From Nitrososphaerales archaeon (lineage in GTDB: Archaea > Thermoproteota > Nitrososphaeria > Nitrososphaerales > UBA213), in NCBI GenBank assembly GCA_038868975.1, contig JAWCSA010000003.1, positions 1 through 42,768 of the forward strand: a stretch of DNA of 42,768 bases. The letters are read 5' to 3'. The position numbers were made by a program, and so were the translations under genes. Under the pieces are notes generated by a model, which did no database searches, was not told where the DNA came from, and worked only from the letters and a program-made list of their open reading frames with translations. How positions within the stretch are numbered: the stretch's first letter is position 1; each line of letters opens with the position of its first letter. Below, in pieces: positions 26,547-34,962 of this stretch.

Positions 26547-27882
26547 ATTCGATCTTTTCAGTACCAACCCACCTTACCCCCCTCCCAATATGTTTGGTCT
26601 TCTCCCAAAAGACGGGCTTGAATATCTCTTGATAAAATGCGCGCAGAGCTGCCAGAGGCATCATGATGTTGAGGTAGTAAATAATATGTAATGCATATCT
26701 TCTATCTAAAGAGATGCCCTCGAGCTGAGCACCTTTGAACCATACATAGTAGTATAACGCATTAAGAGTAGCGGGTATATAGATCCATACAGGTCCGGCC
26801 TCCGTCATTATACCGAAAGGGAGAAGACGGGATGCTTCCATGACCCAGTAAATTGTAAGAGCATATGCGACCCAGTTCATTATAACTATAAGAGGATTAA
26901 GCAGCATGAGAAGCACTGTAAATATCCGCACGAATCCTAGCCTTTTAATTGCGGCAGGGCTGAACAGGGCCAACAGATATTTCCATAAACTTTGCAGCCA
27001 TCCTCTGAACCACCTTGTTCTCTGCCTTAACCACGGCTCGAATGACACCGGTGCCTCTTCCGAGTGCCTTGCATCCAGTACTTCAATATTCCAACTTGCA
27101 ATCAATAACCTTATAGCAACCTCCGCATCTTCAGCTAGGTTTGTGGAGTCCCAACCCCCAACATTCTTCAATGCCTTTATTGTGAAATAGTTACCGGTGC
27201 CGCCGAGCGGCGCATAAAGCTTCAGCCTTGCCCTACCATTGAGCCAGATGCGAAACCAGGCAGCGAACTCCACTGCGAAAAGTTTAGTGAGCAAAGAATC
27301 GTTTTCATTGCTTATTCGGAGTATCACCTGAACTGCTTGGCAACCATGGTTCATTATTGCAGACGCTGCCTTCAGAAAAACATCCCTATCAGGGATATCC
27401 TCTACATCCAAGATTGCAACTATTTCTCCAGTGCAGAGGGCGAGCGCGTCGTTCAGAGCACTCGGCTTTGTAGGATAAAACTGCTTCCGAGCAAGCACCT
27501 TAACTATACTTGGATATTTCAACTGGTACCATAGAGCTATCCTCTCTCCTTCCGGATCATCCGTCACAACGATAACCTCCTTCTTTTCCTTTGGATAGAG
27601 GATATGTTCAACACATATCTCTATTGTCCTCCCCAGTATTGGTTCATTGCGAGCAGGTATTATTGCAGAGATCTTGGGATATTCCTTTAGAGAGATTGAA
27701 GGGTTTAATGGGGGTTTCAGTCCTGCACCCGTAATAATAACGTGATACACTCCCCAGATAATGTAGACCGCAGAGACGCCATAGAACAGGGAAGTCACAA
27801 ATGTTTTTGGTGAAATTATGCATAAGATAACTGCAGCTGTCAACAACAGAGAAAAAATAGTAACTCTAATGCGTATGGACAA
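26536..27882 (-). CDS. Processive family-2 glycosyltransferase (PgaC/IcaA/NodC/chitin- or cellulose-synthase-like membrane synthase)
   Basis: TTG start overlapping the upstream gene by 17 nt. Two N-terminal and about four C-terminal TM segments. Motifs ISAIIPARNE, VIVVTDDPEG, VAILDVEDIPDRD, GGTGNYF..GGWD..LAEDAEVAIRL and QRTRWFRGW (Q-x-x-R-W). Confidence 0.88.
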   Translation of the reverse strand: MSIRIRVTIFSLLLTAAVILCIISPKTFVTSLFYGVSAVYIIWGVYHVIITGAGLKPPLNPSISLKEYPKISAIIPARNEPILGRTIEICVEHILYPKEKKEVIVVTDDPEGERIALWYQLKYPSIVKVLARKQFYPTKPSALNDALALCTGEIVAILDVEDIPDRDVFLKAASAIMNHGCQAVQVILRISNENDSLLTKLFAVEFAAWFRIWLNGRARLKLYAPLGGTGNYFTIKALKNVGGWDSTNLAEDAEVAIRLLIASWNIEVLDARHSEEAPVSFEPWLRQRTRWFRGWLQSLWKYLLALFSPAAIKRLGFVRIFTVLLMLLNPLIVIMNWVAYALTIYWVMEASRLLPFGIMTEAGPVWIYIPATLNALYYYVWFKGAQLEGISLDRRYALHIIYYLNIMMPLAALRAFYQEIFKPVFWEKTKHIGRGVRWVGTEKIEYEH

Positions 27883-28819
27883 TCCTGAGTACCTCGCTTA
27901 CAACCAAATTTGGTATCTCTTGTTCGCCAATGGCGACCAGCAGTATAAACTTTTCAGGGTTAATCATGTCCTTCAGAACTGGCAGTATATCGTTTCTCAC
28001 AACCAGCAAAACTTTCGCATTATAGTCGGCATATCTCAGAATTGTCTGCAACAGCTCGAACTCTACTCCTGAACTGTCCACCACAAACTCCACTGCTATT
28101 GGCTGACTCCCATCCACAAGTAGCGGGATCATATGGGTTACACCGCTTGAGCCTTTTACACTTGCAAGTATAGTTGAACGAAGGTTGGAATCCTTCAACA
28201 TCTTCTGGATAGAGAGTAGTAGCTCCCCGATCCTTGCCAGTGTTGCAGTTTGCTTGCTGATTTTATAAGTATGGTATGATAAAAGCGAGACCTCATCAAG
28301 CTTGAAAATGTGGTTATTATCACAAACCATTCGAACCAATGGATACTGCGATATATTACCACAAGTTATACACCTGAACCCTAGCCCCGGTCTGCCATAA
28401 TCGATACCAACTCGTTTTAATTCCTTCTTGCAATTCGGACAGATATAGGTGCTCATCCTATCAGTTACGAACTCTTCTACAGGAGCCACGTGATTGCATT
28501 CGTAGTGTATAACAAGATCCGATTTGCTGATCCCTCTACCGTTGCAACTTGGACATATTATCTCCACATGCAGCTGCATACTGTTACACCGTGGGCATGA
28601 AGGAAAACTTACAGACCCATGCGTAACAAGAAAGCCCCCGTTTTCAATATCTTTTATCTTCTCTGCTGTAAGAAGAAGACCATCTACATCATACACAACA
28701 CCAAATCCTTGTTTATATCTTGGTTGCAGTATTATTTCAGGATCCTTCAAGTAAGTGGAAAGCAGAACAAAGAGTTTGGGTGCGGCTGTAAAGTAGCCAT
28801 CCTGCATCTCTTCCTTCAA
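27866..28819 (-). CDS. Cytoplasmic double zinc-ribbon protein of unknown function, first long gene of the GT2 operon
   Basis: Start is TTG 28819 or ATG 28807. Four CxxC pairs: CPRCNS...CPSCNG and CPNCKK...CITCGN. The C-terminal alpha/beta-like region has GSSGVTHMIPLLVDG...VEFVVDSSGVEFE...KVLLVVRND. Confidence 0.75.
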   Translation of the reverse strand: MKEEMQDGYFTAAPKLFVLLSTYLKDPEIILQPRYKQGFGVVYDVDGLLLTAEKIKDIENGGFLVTHGSVSFPSCPRCNSMQLHVEIICPSCNGRGISKSDLVIHYECNHVAPVEEFVTDRMSTYICPNCKKELKRVGIDYGRPGLGFRCITCGNISQYPLVRMVCDNNHIFKLDEVSLLSYHTYKISKQTATLARIGELLLSIQKMLKDSNLRSTILASVKGSSGVTHMIPLLVDGSQPIAVEFVVDSSGVEFELLQTILRYADYNAKVLLVVRNDILPVLKDMINPEKFILLVAIGEQEIPNLVVSEVLRIVHTH

Positions 28820-28822
28820 ATA

Positions 28823-29063
28823 TTAATCACTCTTGCTAAATGCACCGTGTATAGCCTGCACAATTTCCACGAGCCGTTCCTTGTCTGTCTTTACGGAGAT
28901 TCTTGAAAGTATCTCCTGTACGACCTTGCGTTCTAAGATGATCGTTGCAGAACCAAAAATTGTGTAATCCTATTACAAATTCATCAGGTTTATCCGCGAT
29001 CTCATTTTTTTGTCTGTATATAGCTTCATCGGCGTCGCTATCAATCTTGAAGCCTATCTCCAT
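28823..29063 (-). pseudogene. Small leading ORF of the operon, apparently split by a frameshift at a T5 run
   Basis: Frame a reads MEIGFKIDSDADEAIYRQKNEIADKPDEFVIGLHNFW.... Frame a+1 continues ...FGSATIILERKVVQEILSRISVKTDKERLVEIVQAIHGAFSKSD*, ending 4 nt before 28819. The tail of frame a (GRTGDTFKNLRKDRQGTARGNC) looks non-protein-like. Confidence 0.3.
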
Positions 29064-29493
29064 AATGCGTAAACATGTTATAACACATTTAAGCTGATTG
29101 TAGTCTCAGTTGCGTAAAAGTGCTTCTATGGAACTTACTCGTAACTCTAATTCTAATATCGTGTGTATTTAGGTTCCTCGTGGAATTTTAGGGTTCTTAC
29201 CAAAATTGGTGAGTGAAATCATGATTTCACCTAAATAGATACCTAATATCAATTTGCTAAATTGTCCTTTATAGATGCTACCTGTGAATCATAGTATCTA
29301 TTTACCCATGTGAACTTCACTTGAACGTTGCTGGTCTTCACTGATCTAATCACGCACCTCCATACTGATTGAATTGGATATTTACCCATGCGAGGCCCAC
29401 CCTCACTACTGTCTCTGTATACTCGTTAAGGGATGCCACAGTTAGTTCCATGTCCACGAGGCTTGCCCTCAAAATAGATATGTGGTCAAGTCC

Positions 29494-29895
29494 TTAACCA
29501 TGATACTTTCTGCATTCCTTCATAACCCAGTAAACTACCTTCAGCAGATTTGACGCAGCTACTGCTGCCTTCTGCTTTCTCTTCTTCCTTGCTATCTTGG
29601 CATAGAATTTTGAAACATTGCTATCTGGTGCAGTTCTGACATGAACATACATACATTCGATCATTATCCATCTAAGGTACTTGCTTCCCCTCGTCGTTAT
29701 CCTCCCATGATACGTCACCCCTCCAGATGAATGTGTTGAGGATACCAGTCCAGCGTAGGAGCATAGATGCGAGTCAGGGAACCTGTTCATGTTTCCAATC
29801 TGCTGCTATGAGCAATGCTGAATAGTATCCTATGCCATGTACGCTCATTAACAAACTGCAGTTCTCATCATTGGCAATATGCCTTATCCTTTCCG
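29494..29895 (-). mobile_element. IS110-family transposase remnant (C-terminal part only, with an internal frameshift)
   Basis: MNRFPDSHLCSYAGLVSSTHSSGGVTYHGRITTRGSKYLRWIMIECMYV... is the typical IS110 C-terminal domain. Upstream, a different frame reads ...RIRHIANDENCSLLMSVHGIGYYSALLIAAD. The N-terminal DEDD domain is absent. Confidence 0.8.
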
Positions 29896-29902
29896 ACGCA
29901 TT

Positions 29903-29941
29903 ATCAAAAGAGCAGGTATCTCTGCATAGGCTAAATATGTA
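29903..29941. repeat. 39-bp direct repeat, copy B (tcaaaagagcaggtatctctgcataggctaaatatgtac)
   Basis: 36/39 match to 23657..23695. It is wedged between the IS110 remnant and the 3' end of 29956..30267. Confidence 0.8.
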
Positions 29942-29955
29942 CTAAATTTCACATC

Positions 29956-30267
29956 TTATTTTTGCAATGCCTTCTTCAGGTCTTCCAGAAGCATCACAGG
30001 ATGAAGCTCGACTTTTGCATTGAACTTTTGGAATAGCGGTTCTGCAATGGATGGCATCATATGGGCATCAGGCATGTCTGCAATAAAGGCCATGGTTCTC
30101 TCCCCTCCCATCTCAAAGAAGTAAGCTGCTTCAGCACGGATATTACGCATGTATTCCTCTATCTCCTGCAGGAATTTTGGGTTCTTTACCATAGCATTCC
30201 CTGTTTCTACAGGCATTCTGGCTCGAATCAAGAATCTCATATGCTCCAACGCATGACTCTCAAGCAT
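29956..30267 (-). CDS. Small conserved-looking alpha/beta hypothetical protein (~95-103 aa)
   Basis: MRFLIRARMPVETGNAMVKNPKFLQEIEEYMRNIRAEAAYFFEMGGERTMAFIADMPDAHMMPSIAEPLFQKFNAKVELHPVMLLEDLKKAL has globular composition. The start is probably the internal ATG at 30240. Confidence 0.6.
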   Translation of the reverse strand: MLESHALEHMRFLIRARMPVETGNAMVKNPKFLQEIEEYMRNIRAEAAYFFEMGGERTMAFIADMPDAHMMPSIAEPLFQKFNAKVELHPVMLLEDLKKALQK

Positions 30268-30601
30268 AAAAGCATTTCCTATCTATCAGATCGTCATTTC
30301 ATAATTTCTGTAACTTGTATAGTATTTTATGATCACGGCTTTTGTTTTGAAGCAAATGTGCTTGTGCTAATGTAGTGACTCTTTTATTGCATGCGCAGCA
30401 TCAACATAGAGACGCCATTCTAAACATCTGCAATGGCCATGTTGGGATCATTTCCTGCTGCTTTGACAACTACCTTAACCATGAACTTAGCTTCATACAA
30501 TGTTAACAGGTACAATGTTAATGGGGTTTTTACTTATCGATTACAACATCATCAATTTACCTATTCATGCTCGTTTCTTAAATTGTTAAAATCGTTTGGC
30601 C

Positions 30602-31303
30602 CTATAGGTGATGTTTTCCTGTCATTATTGAACCAACAACAATGCTTACGATCGTTGCTATTATGAAGGGTAACATGAAGAATGAATTTGTAAAGACGCC
30701 TGCGATAAGCAATGCGGTAGCATCGATTGACAAAAGCTCCCCTCCAACAGGTACTGGGGCAGTTACCTGTAGCGTGCCTAATCCCAGGTAAGGAGTTATC
30801 CCTTCACTTCCAATAGTGCAGAATATGTAAAGACCCAATTCGTTAGTATTATCTGCAACGTTTGGTCCATCTATGATCACCCATGAGTAACCTCCTGTGC
30901 CTCCTGGGTTGACCGTAGCACCACCAAGCCTAGTGATATCAAATGTTCCTCCAGTTCCAAACGGTATTCTTATCGAACTGTTTGCTGGTAAACTATATGT
31001 TACCGTAGTACCAGATTTTCTAAGTTCCCATACAGTTGCTCCAGCTGGGGTGACAGCGGCGTTGCAAAATCCTACGTCACCAAAAGCCGCGTCAGGATCA
31101 TAAGCCCTAATGAAGGTTCCAGACGTTGTTCCGGAGAAATTGCTTGTTATCACAATTTCTGTTGAAGTGCCAGCACTTATGTTGTTCGGATCAGGTGTCA
31201 CACCAGGAGTGTTTGCAAAAACTGGAACGAATGAGCCTGCTAAAATAATTATTCCAAGAACTGCAGAAACTGGTATGGTTTGCATACTACTATCATTTGC
31301 CAT
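30602..31303 (-). CDS. Secreted protein sharing its domain with the N-terminus of 18011..19858 and ending in a GGELLSID+TM motif
   Basis: The ORF is open to 31378, but ATG 31303 gives the signal peptide MANDSSMQTIPVSAVLGIIILAGSFVPVFA. The C-terminus is PVPVGGELLSIDATALLIAGVFTNSFFMLPFIIATIVSIVVGSIMTGKHHL. Confidence 0.75.
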   Translation of the reverse strand: MANDSSMQTIPVSAVLGIIILAGSFVPVFANTPGVTPDPNNISAGTSTEIVITSNFSGTTSGTFIRAYDPDAAFGDVGFCNAAVTPAGATVWELRKSGTTVTYSLPANSSIRIPFGTGGTFDITRLGGATVNPGGTGGYSWVIIDGPNVADNTNELGLYIFCTIGSEGITPYLGLGTLQVTAPVPVGGELLSIDATALLIAGVFTNSFFMLPFIIATIVSIVVGSIMTGKHHL

Positions 31304-31642
31304 GTAATTCAATATCAAATATTCATGTGCAAATATACCCTTTATGCAGTAGCTGCTATTGATGACAAGATTCTGCATCGATTTTATTTGACTACAGCTC
31401 TAGAGCTCATAATGCAGAGTGGATAAGCACTCTAACAATTGCATGGGCTCCTTTCTAGAAATGATCTTCGCCATGTATCTATAATTTGGTATGAATAAGT
31501 TAACATTAATTGCACAATCTTGACTTCAGACCCTAATTGTTCCATGTGACATATACACTCAAACTCATCATGATTCTAGGCATTTGTAAGTTACATTAAA
31601 AACTGACAAATCCTGAATACATGCAAAAGTAAAGCAGTTACA

Positions 31643-32896
31643 GTGGTTCAGAGAAGCAGTACTGACTTAAAGGGATTGAGACCAGCCAACTATCGGGGAT
31701 TTTCTGGAGATAAGGCTATTGAACTAAGATACAAGGAGCTGTACGATGGATCTCCTGCTCTTTGCAGAACAATCAATACAGATGGCATCATCCTTGACTG
31801 CAATTACTCCTATGCAGAACACTTGGGGTACTCAAAGGAAGAGCTTATTGGAAGATCAATATTTGAAACCACTGCAGAGCAGAGCCTGAATGCCATGCGC
31901 GAATCATTTGAGGCGTGGAAGAAAACGGGGGTAGTTCTTGATAGAGAAGTTTGGTTGAAGAGAAAGGATGGAACAGTATTTCCATGCCTAATTAGTGCCA
32001 CCAATCTGTACGATGAAAACGGTGCGCTGATTGGAAGCAATACCGTGATCAAAGACATCTCAGAAATTTATAAAGTAAGAAAGGAGCTTGAAAAGGCAAA
32101 TGAGGAGCTAACAAGGCGTGTAAATGATGCCCTCCTATTCGAGCAGATGATAAAGTCACAGCACACAAGACTTAGGCAATTGGCAAAAGAGCTTGAAAAG
32201 GCAAATGAGGAACTGAAGCTCAAGGACAGGTTAAAAGACGAATTCATCTGCGTGGCGGCGCATGAGCTAAGGACTCCCATTCAACCTATTTTGGGATATG
32301 CGGAGCTTGCAACAAGAAAGGTGATCACCGAAGAGCAGGCGTGGAACGGCGTGATCCAGCACGCCCGCAGGCTGCAGTCTCTGGCAAATGACATTCTTGA
32401 TGTTAGTCGTATTGAGAGTGGTAACTTGAAGTACCTGATGGCCAAGGTTAGCATCAACAGCATGATTGAGCTAGTGGTGAATAACGCAAACGTGAACCTG
32501 CCATCTAATATCATAATATTTACTGACTTGGATCAGGACGTAGAGATTGAGGCAGACAGGGAACGTATCATTCAAGCTCTAACGAATATCATTGATAATG
32601 CCATAAAGTTCACGAAGGAGGGCAGCATTACCGTAAAGAGCCGTGTTTTCCCAGATGAAAACAGGGTAGAGATCTCGCTTCGGGATACTGGCTGTGGCAT
32701 TCCAGAAGAGATACTTCCTAACATCTTCAACAAGTTTGTAACGAAAGGTAATATAGATGCGAGGGTGCAGGGTTCAGGCTTGGGGCTATTCATATGCAAG
32801 GCAATAGTAGTTGCCCATGGAGGAGAAATTTTTGCCAGCAATAATCCTCATGGCGGTGCTACGTTCACAATCGTATTGCCGTTAAGTCGTAAATAA
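31643..32896 (+). CDS. Cytoplasmic PAS-domain sensor histidine kinase
   Basis: GTG start. PAS region: YKELYDGSPALCRTINTDGIILDCNYSYAEHLGYSKEELIGRSIFE. Coiled coil carries a duplicated ELEKANEEL. H-box AAHELRTPIQPILGY. ATPase motifs IIDNAIKFT, RDTGCGIPEE and GSGLGLFICKAIVVAHGG. Confidence 0.92.
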   Translation: MVQRSSTDLKGLRPANYRGFSGDKAIELRYKELYDGSPALCRTINTDGIILDCNYSYAEHLGYSKEELIGRSIFETTAEQSLNAMRESFEAWKKTGVVLDREVWLKRKDGTVFPCLISATNLYDENGALIGSNTVIKDISEIYKVRKELEKANEELTRRVNDALLFEQMIKSQHTRLRQLAKELEKANEELKLKDRLKDEFICVAAHELRTPIQPILGYAELATRKVITEEQAWNGVIQHARRLQSLANDILDVSRIESGNLKYLMAKVSINSMIELVVNNANVNLPSNIIIFTDLDQDVEIEADRERIIQALTNIIDNAIKFTKEGSITVKSRVFPDENRVEISLRDTGCGIPEEILPNIFNKFVTKGNIDARVQGSGLGLFICKAIVVAHGGEIFASNNPHGGATFTIVLPLSRK

Positions 32897-32950
32897 AATA
32901 AAATGGCAGGAACTTCCACCTATCCATATTCATATTCGTAAGGTCAGGCC

Positions 32951-33565
32951 TTAAACACGTCTAACCGTATCCTCGATCCTGTCAAGGGCGTCGATCAAGT
33001 AATCCCTGCCCTTTTGAATTTTAACAAGAGCGTCATGCAGTGTTCTTATAGCTTCAGCATCAGGCCTGAAATCCTTAATTTCACGTATTAAAGCGTTGAT
33101 CCTTTCTATCTCTGCACCGGTCTTCTTATCCTCTAGGATGCCAACAAGCAGGAAGGGTCTGAAGGGCTTCTCAATAAATTCAACTATTTGTCTGAGCTTT
33201 TGCACTGACTCGATGAGAGTTTCCTTCACATATGCTGATGCGAATATTATTCTTTGATTGGGATTCATGGCCAGTATATGTTTTGCAGCCTCCATGCCGT
33301 CCATATTGGGCATCCTGTAGTCGAGAACGACAACATCAAACGGTGACCCTCCGCCTGCAGTTGCTCCTGTTCCTTTTAGCGCATTGCTATAGACCTTTAT
33401 GCACTGTTCACCATCAGCAGTAACTACAACGCTATGGTTCCTTGCTTCCAACGCAATCTTGTACTGCATTGCAATCGCGCTGTCATCTTCGGCTATCAAA
33501 ATACGCAAAGATTCATTCAATTCCTTATCATATTGATCTACCATAGGACTTTGCATGCTGCTCAT
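32951..33565 (-). CDS. Response regulator: receiver domain plus a helical C-terminal (HalX-like?) domain
   Basis: LRILIAEDDSAIAMQYKIAL..., the phospho-acceptor context FDVVVLDYRMPNMDGMEA, and IIFASAY. The ~70-aa helical tail shows no recognisable HTH. Confidence 0.88.
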   Translation of the reverse strand: MSSMQSPMVDQYDKELNESLRILIAEDDSAIAMQYKIALEARNHSVVVTADGEQCIKVYSNALKGTGATAGGGSPFDVVVLDYRMPNMDGMEAAKHILAMNPNQRIIFASAYVKETLIESVQKLRQIVEFIEKPFRPFLLVGILEDKKTGAEIERINALIREIKDFRPDAEAIRTLHDALVKIQKGRDYLIDALDRIEDTVRRV

Positions 33566-33733
33566 TCATTTACAAACAATGATAGAAATGATATATTCAT
33601 TGGTATGTAACACATAGTTACACGCATCATGGTTTGTTTAAGTTTCCTTAAAATTGGATCTGGCGAATGGTCAAAATAATGACTTCAGGAATTTGTTCTA
33701 GGTAAATAGAAAAAAATGTATGTAAAGTTGCTG

Positions 33734-34375
33734 CTAGGCACCTTCTTTTTCATAGGATCTGAATCTAATAGCGAATACTGCAACAGCAATTCCAGCAATG
33801 AGGGGAAGCACCCATGAGGTGTTAAGGAGCATACCCGCAAGCACCAATGAACTCATGTCTATTGCCAGCAACTCGCCACCCACTGGTTCGCCATTGCCAT
33901 TCTCAGGTGGGACGCCGTTATCATAGCAGAAAGTTATGTGGCTAATACCAAACGGCTTCTTGTTGTCTGGGTTTATCGGTGCTTGTAGATCTGTGTCTCC
34001 AGAGGACTCTGTTGGGGGATCGTACCGGTAAAGGTTAACGTTAGGCCCGCCTTTGACTATAACAGCATCGACACCAATATTAGAGGTCCAATCAAACTTT
34101 ATAGGTTCATTTTCATTGCTAAAACTTAAGAAAATGTTTACTGTGAGTGTATTATCTGTGGATAGTCCGCTAGCAGGAGGATCTACCTTCAGTGCCTTCC
34201 ATTGTGGGTTGATATCTTTACACTCTGGGTTACCTTCTATGAATTGTGGTTCAACACTTGCTGCGAATACTGGTGCTGTAATGGTTCCGCATACAATTAA
34301 TGTTGATAACGCAAGTACTGTCATCTTCATCTTCTTGCTCGACCCTAATCTATTGTTCCTTAGTTTTTGCATCAT
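33734..34375 (-). CDS. Secreted protein ending in a GGELLAID+TM motif
   Basis: Signal peptide ...LIVCGTITAPVFA. The domain contains GVDAVIVKGGPNVNLYRY. The C-terminus is GEPVGGELLAIDMSSLVLAGMLLNTSWVLPLIAGIAVAVFAIRFRSYEKEGA. Confidence 0.8.
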   Translation of the reverse strand: MMQKLRNNRLGSSKKMKMTVLALSTLIVCGTITAPVFAASVEPQFIEGNPECKDINPQWKALKVDPPASGLSTDNTLTVNIFLSFSNENEPIKFDWTSNIGVDAVIVKGGPNVNLYRYDPPTESSGDTDLQAPINPDNKKPFGISHITFCYDNGVPPENGNGEPVGGELLAIDMSSLVLAGMLLNTSWVLPLIAGIAVAVFAIRFRSYEKEGA

Positions 34376-34497
34376 GATAGATAAGCTATATCTGCAAATC
34401 CTTTAAAACCATTGAGGAAGTATTCATCTTAATTAGGAAATTCAGGACATCAGATCTGAATGAGCAAAACTAGATCAGGAGCTCCATCTTTTCCCAT

Positions 34498-34962
34498 TTA
34501 CACATTCTTCAAAAGCTCAGACCACGGTATGCGCACAGCAAGCTTCTCTGTCCTTGAATCTAAAACTGAATAGCCATTTACCTCTGCCCTCTTCTTCTTT
34601 ACGTTGAAGGTGTCATTCTCTGCATATACGTGCTTTGCCTTTACGTTAAAATCTATTTCCGTTTCATGATCACTTGTAGGCTTGCTTTTCAAATGAAGTA
34701 CTACCAGACCAGCACCCACCTTTGTGCCAAGAACCTCGTAATGTACGTTGGTAAGCCTGTAGTACTTATCAGCAGTTTTGTTGGAAAGCTCCTTCACTTC
34801 CTCTGGTGCATGCATCTCATATGTAAATTCTGTGATCCATGGAAAAGGGTTTGCCGCTGATTGTTTTGTTTGTGCAGGATCGCTTACAACTTGAACTAAC
34901 AATACAGATACAAGGCCTATGTAGATTAAACAATGCTTTGTGCCATTAGAAATCAAACCCAT
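34498..34962 (-). CDS. Membrane-anchored or secreted hypothetical protein
   Basis: N-terminal hydrophobic segment CLIYIGLVSVLLVQVV followed by a beta-rich globular region. No recognisable motif. Confidence 0.6.
   Translation of the reverse strand: MGLISNGTKHCLIYIGLVSVLLVQVVSDPAQTKQSAANPFPWITEFTYEMHAPEEVKELSNKTADKYYRLTNVHYEVLGTKVGAGLVVLHLKSKPTSDHETEIDFNVKAKHVYAENDTFNVKKKRAEVNGYSVLDSRTEKLAVRIPWSELLKNV

Noticed and set aside
28836-29063. The 75-aa ORF taken at face value as an intact gene.
   Set aside because: Its last ~30 residues look like out-of-frame translation, whereas the +1 frame gives a clean helical C-terminus that ends right at the next gene. It is reported instead as a probable frameshift.
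30496-30521. A direct repeat, tacaatgttaa x2 with a 15-bp period, between 29956..30267 and 30602..31303.
   Set aside because: It has only two short copies, lies about 230 nt from the nearest start codon and downstream of the other gene, and has no second locus to support a motif.
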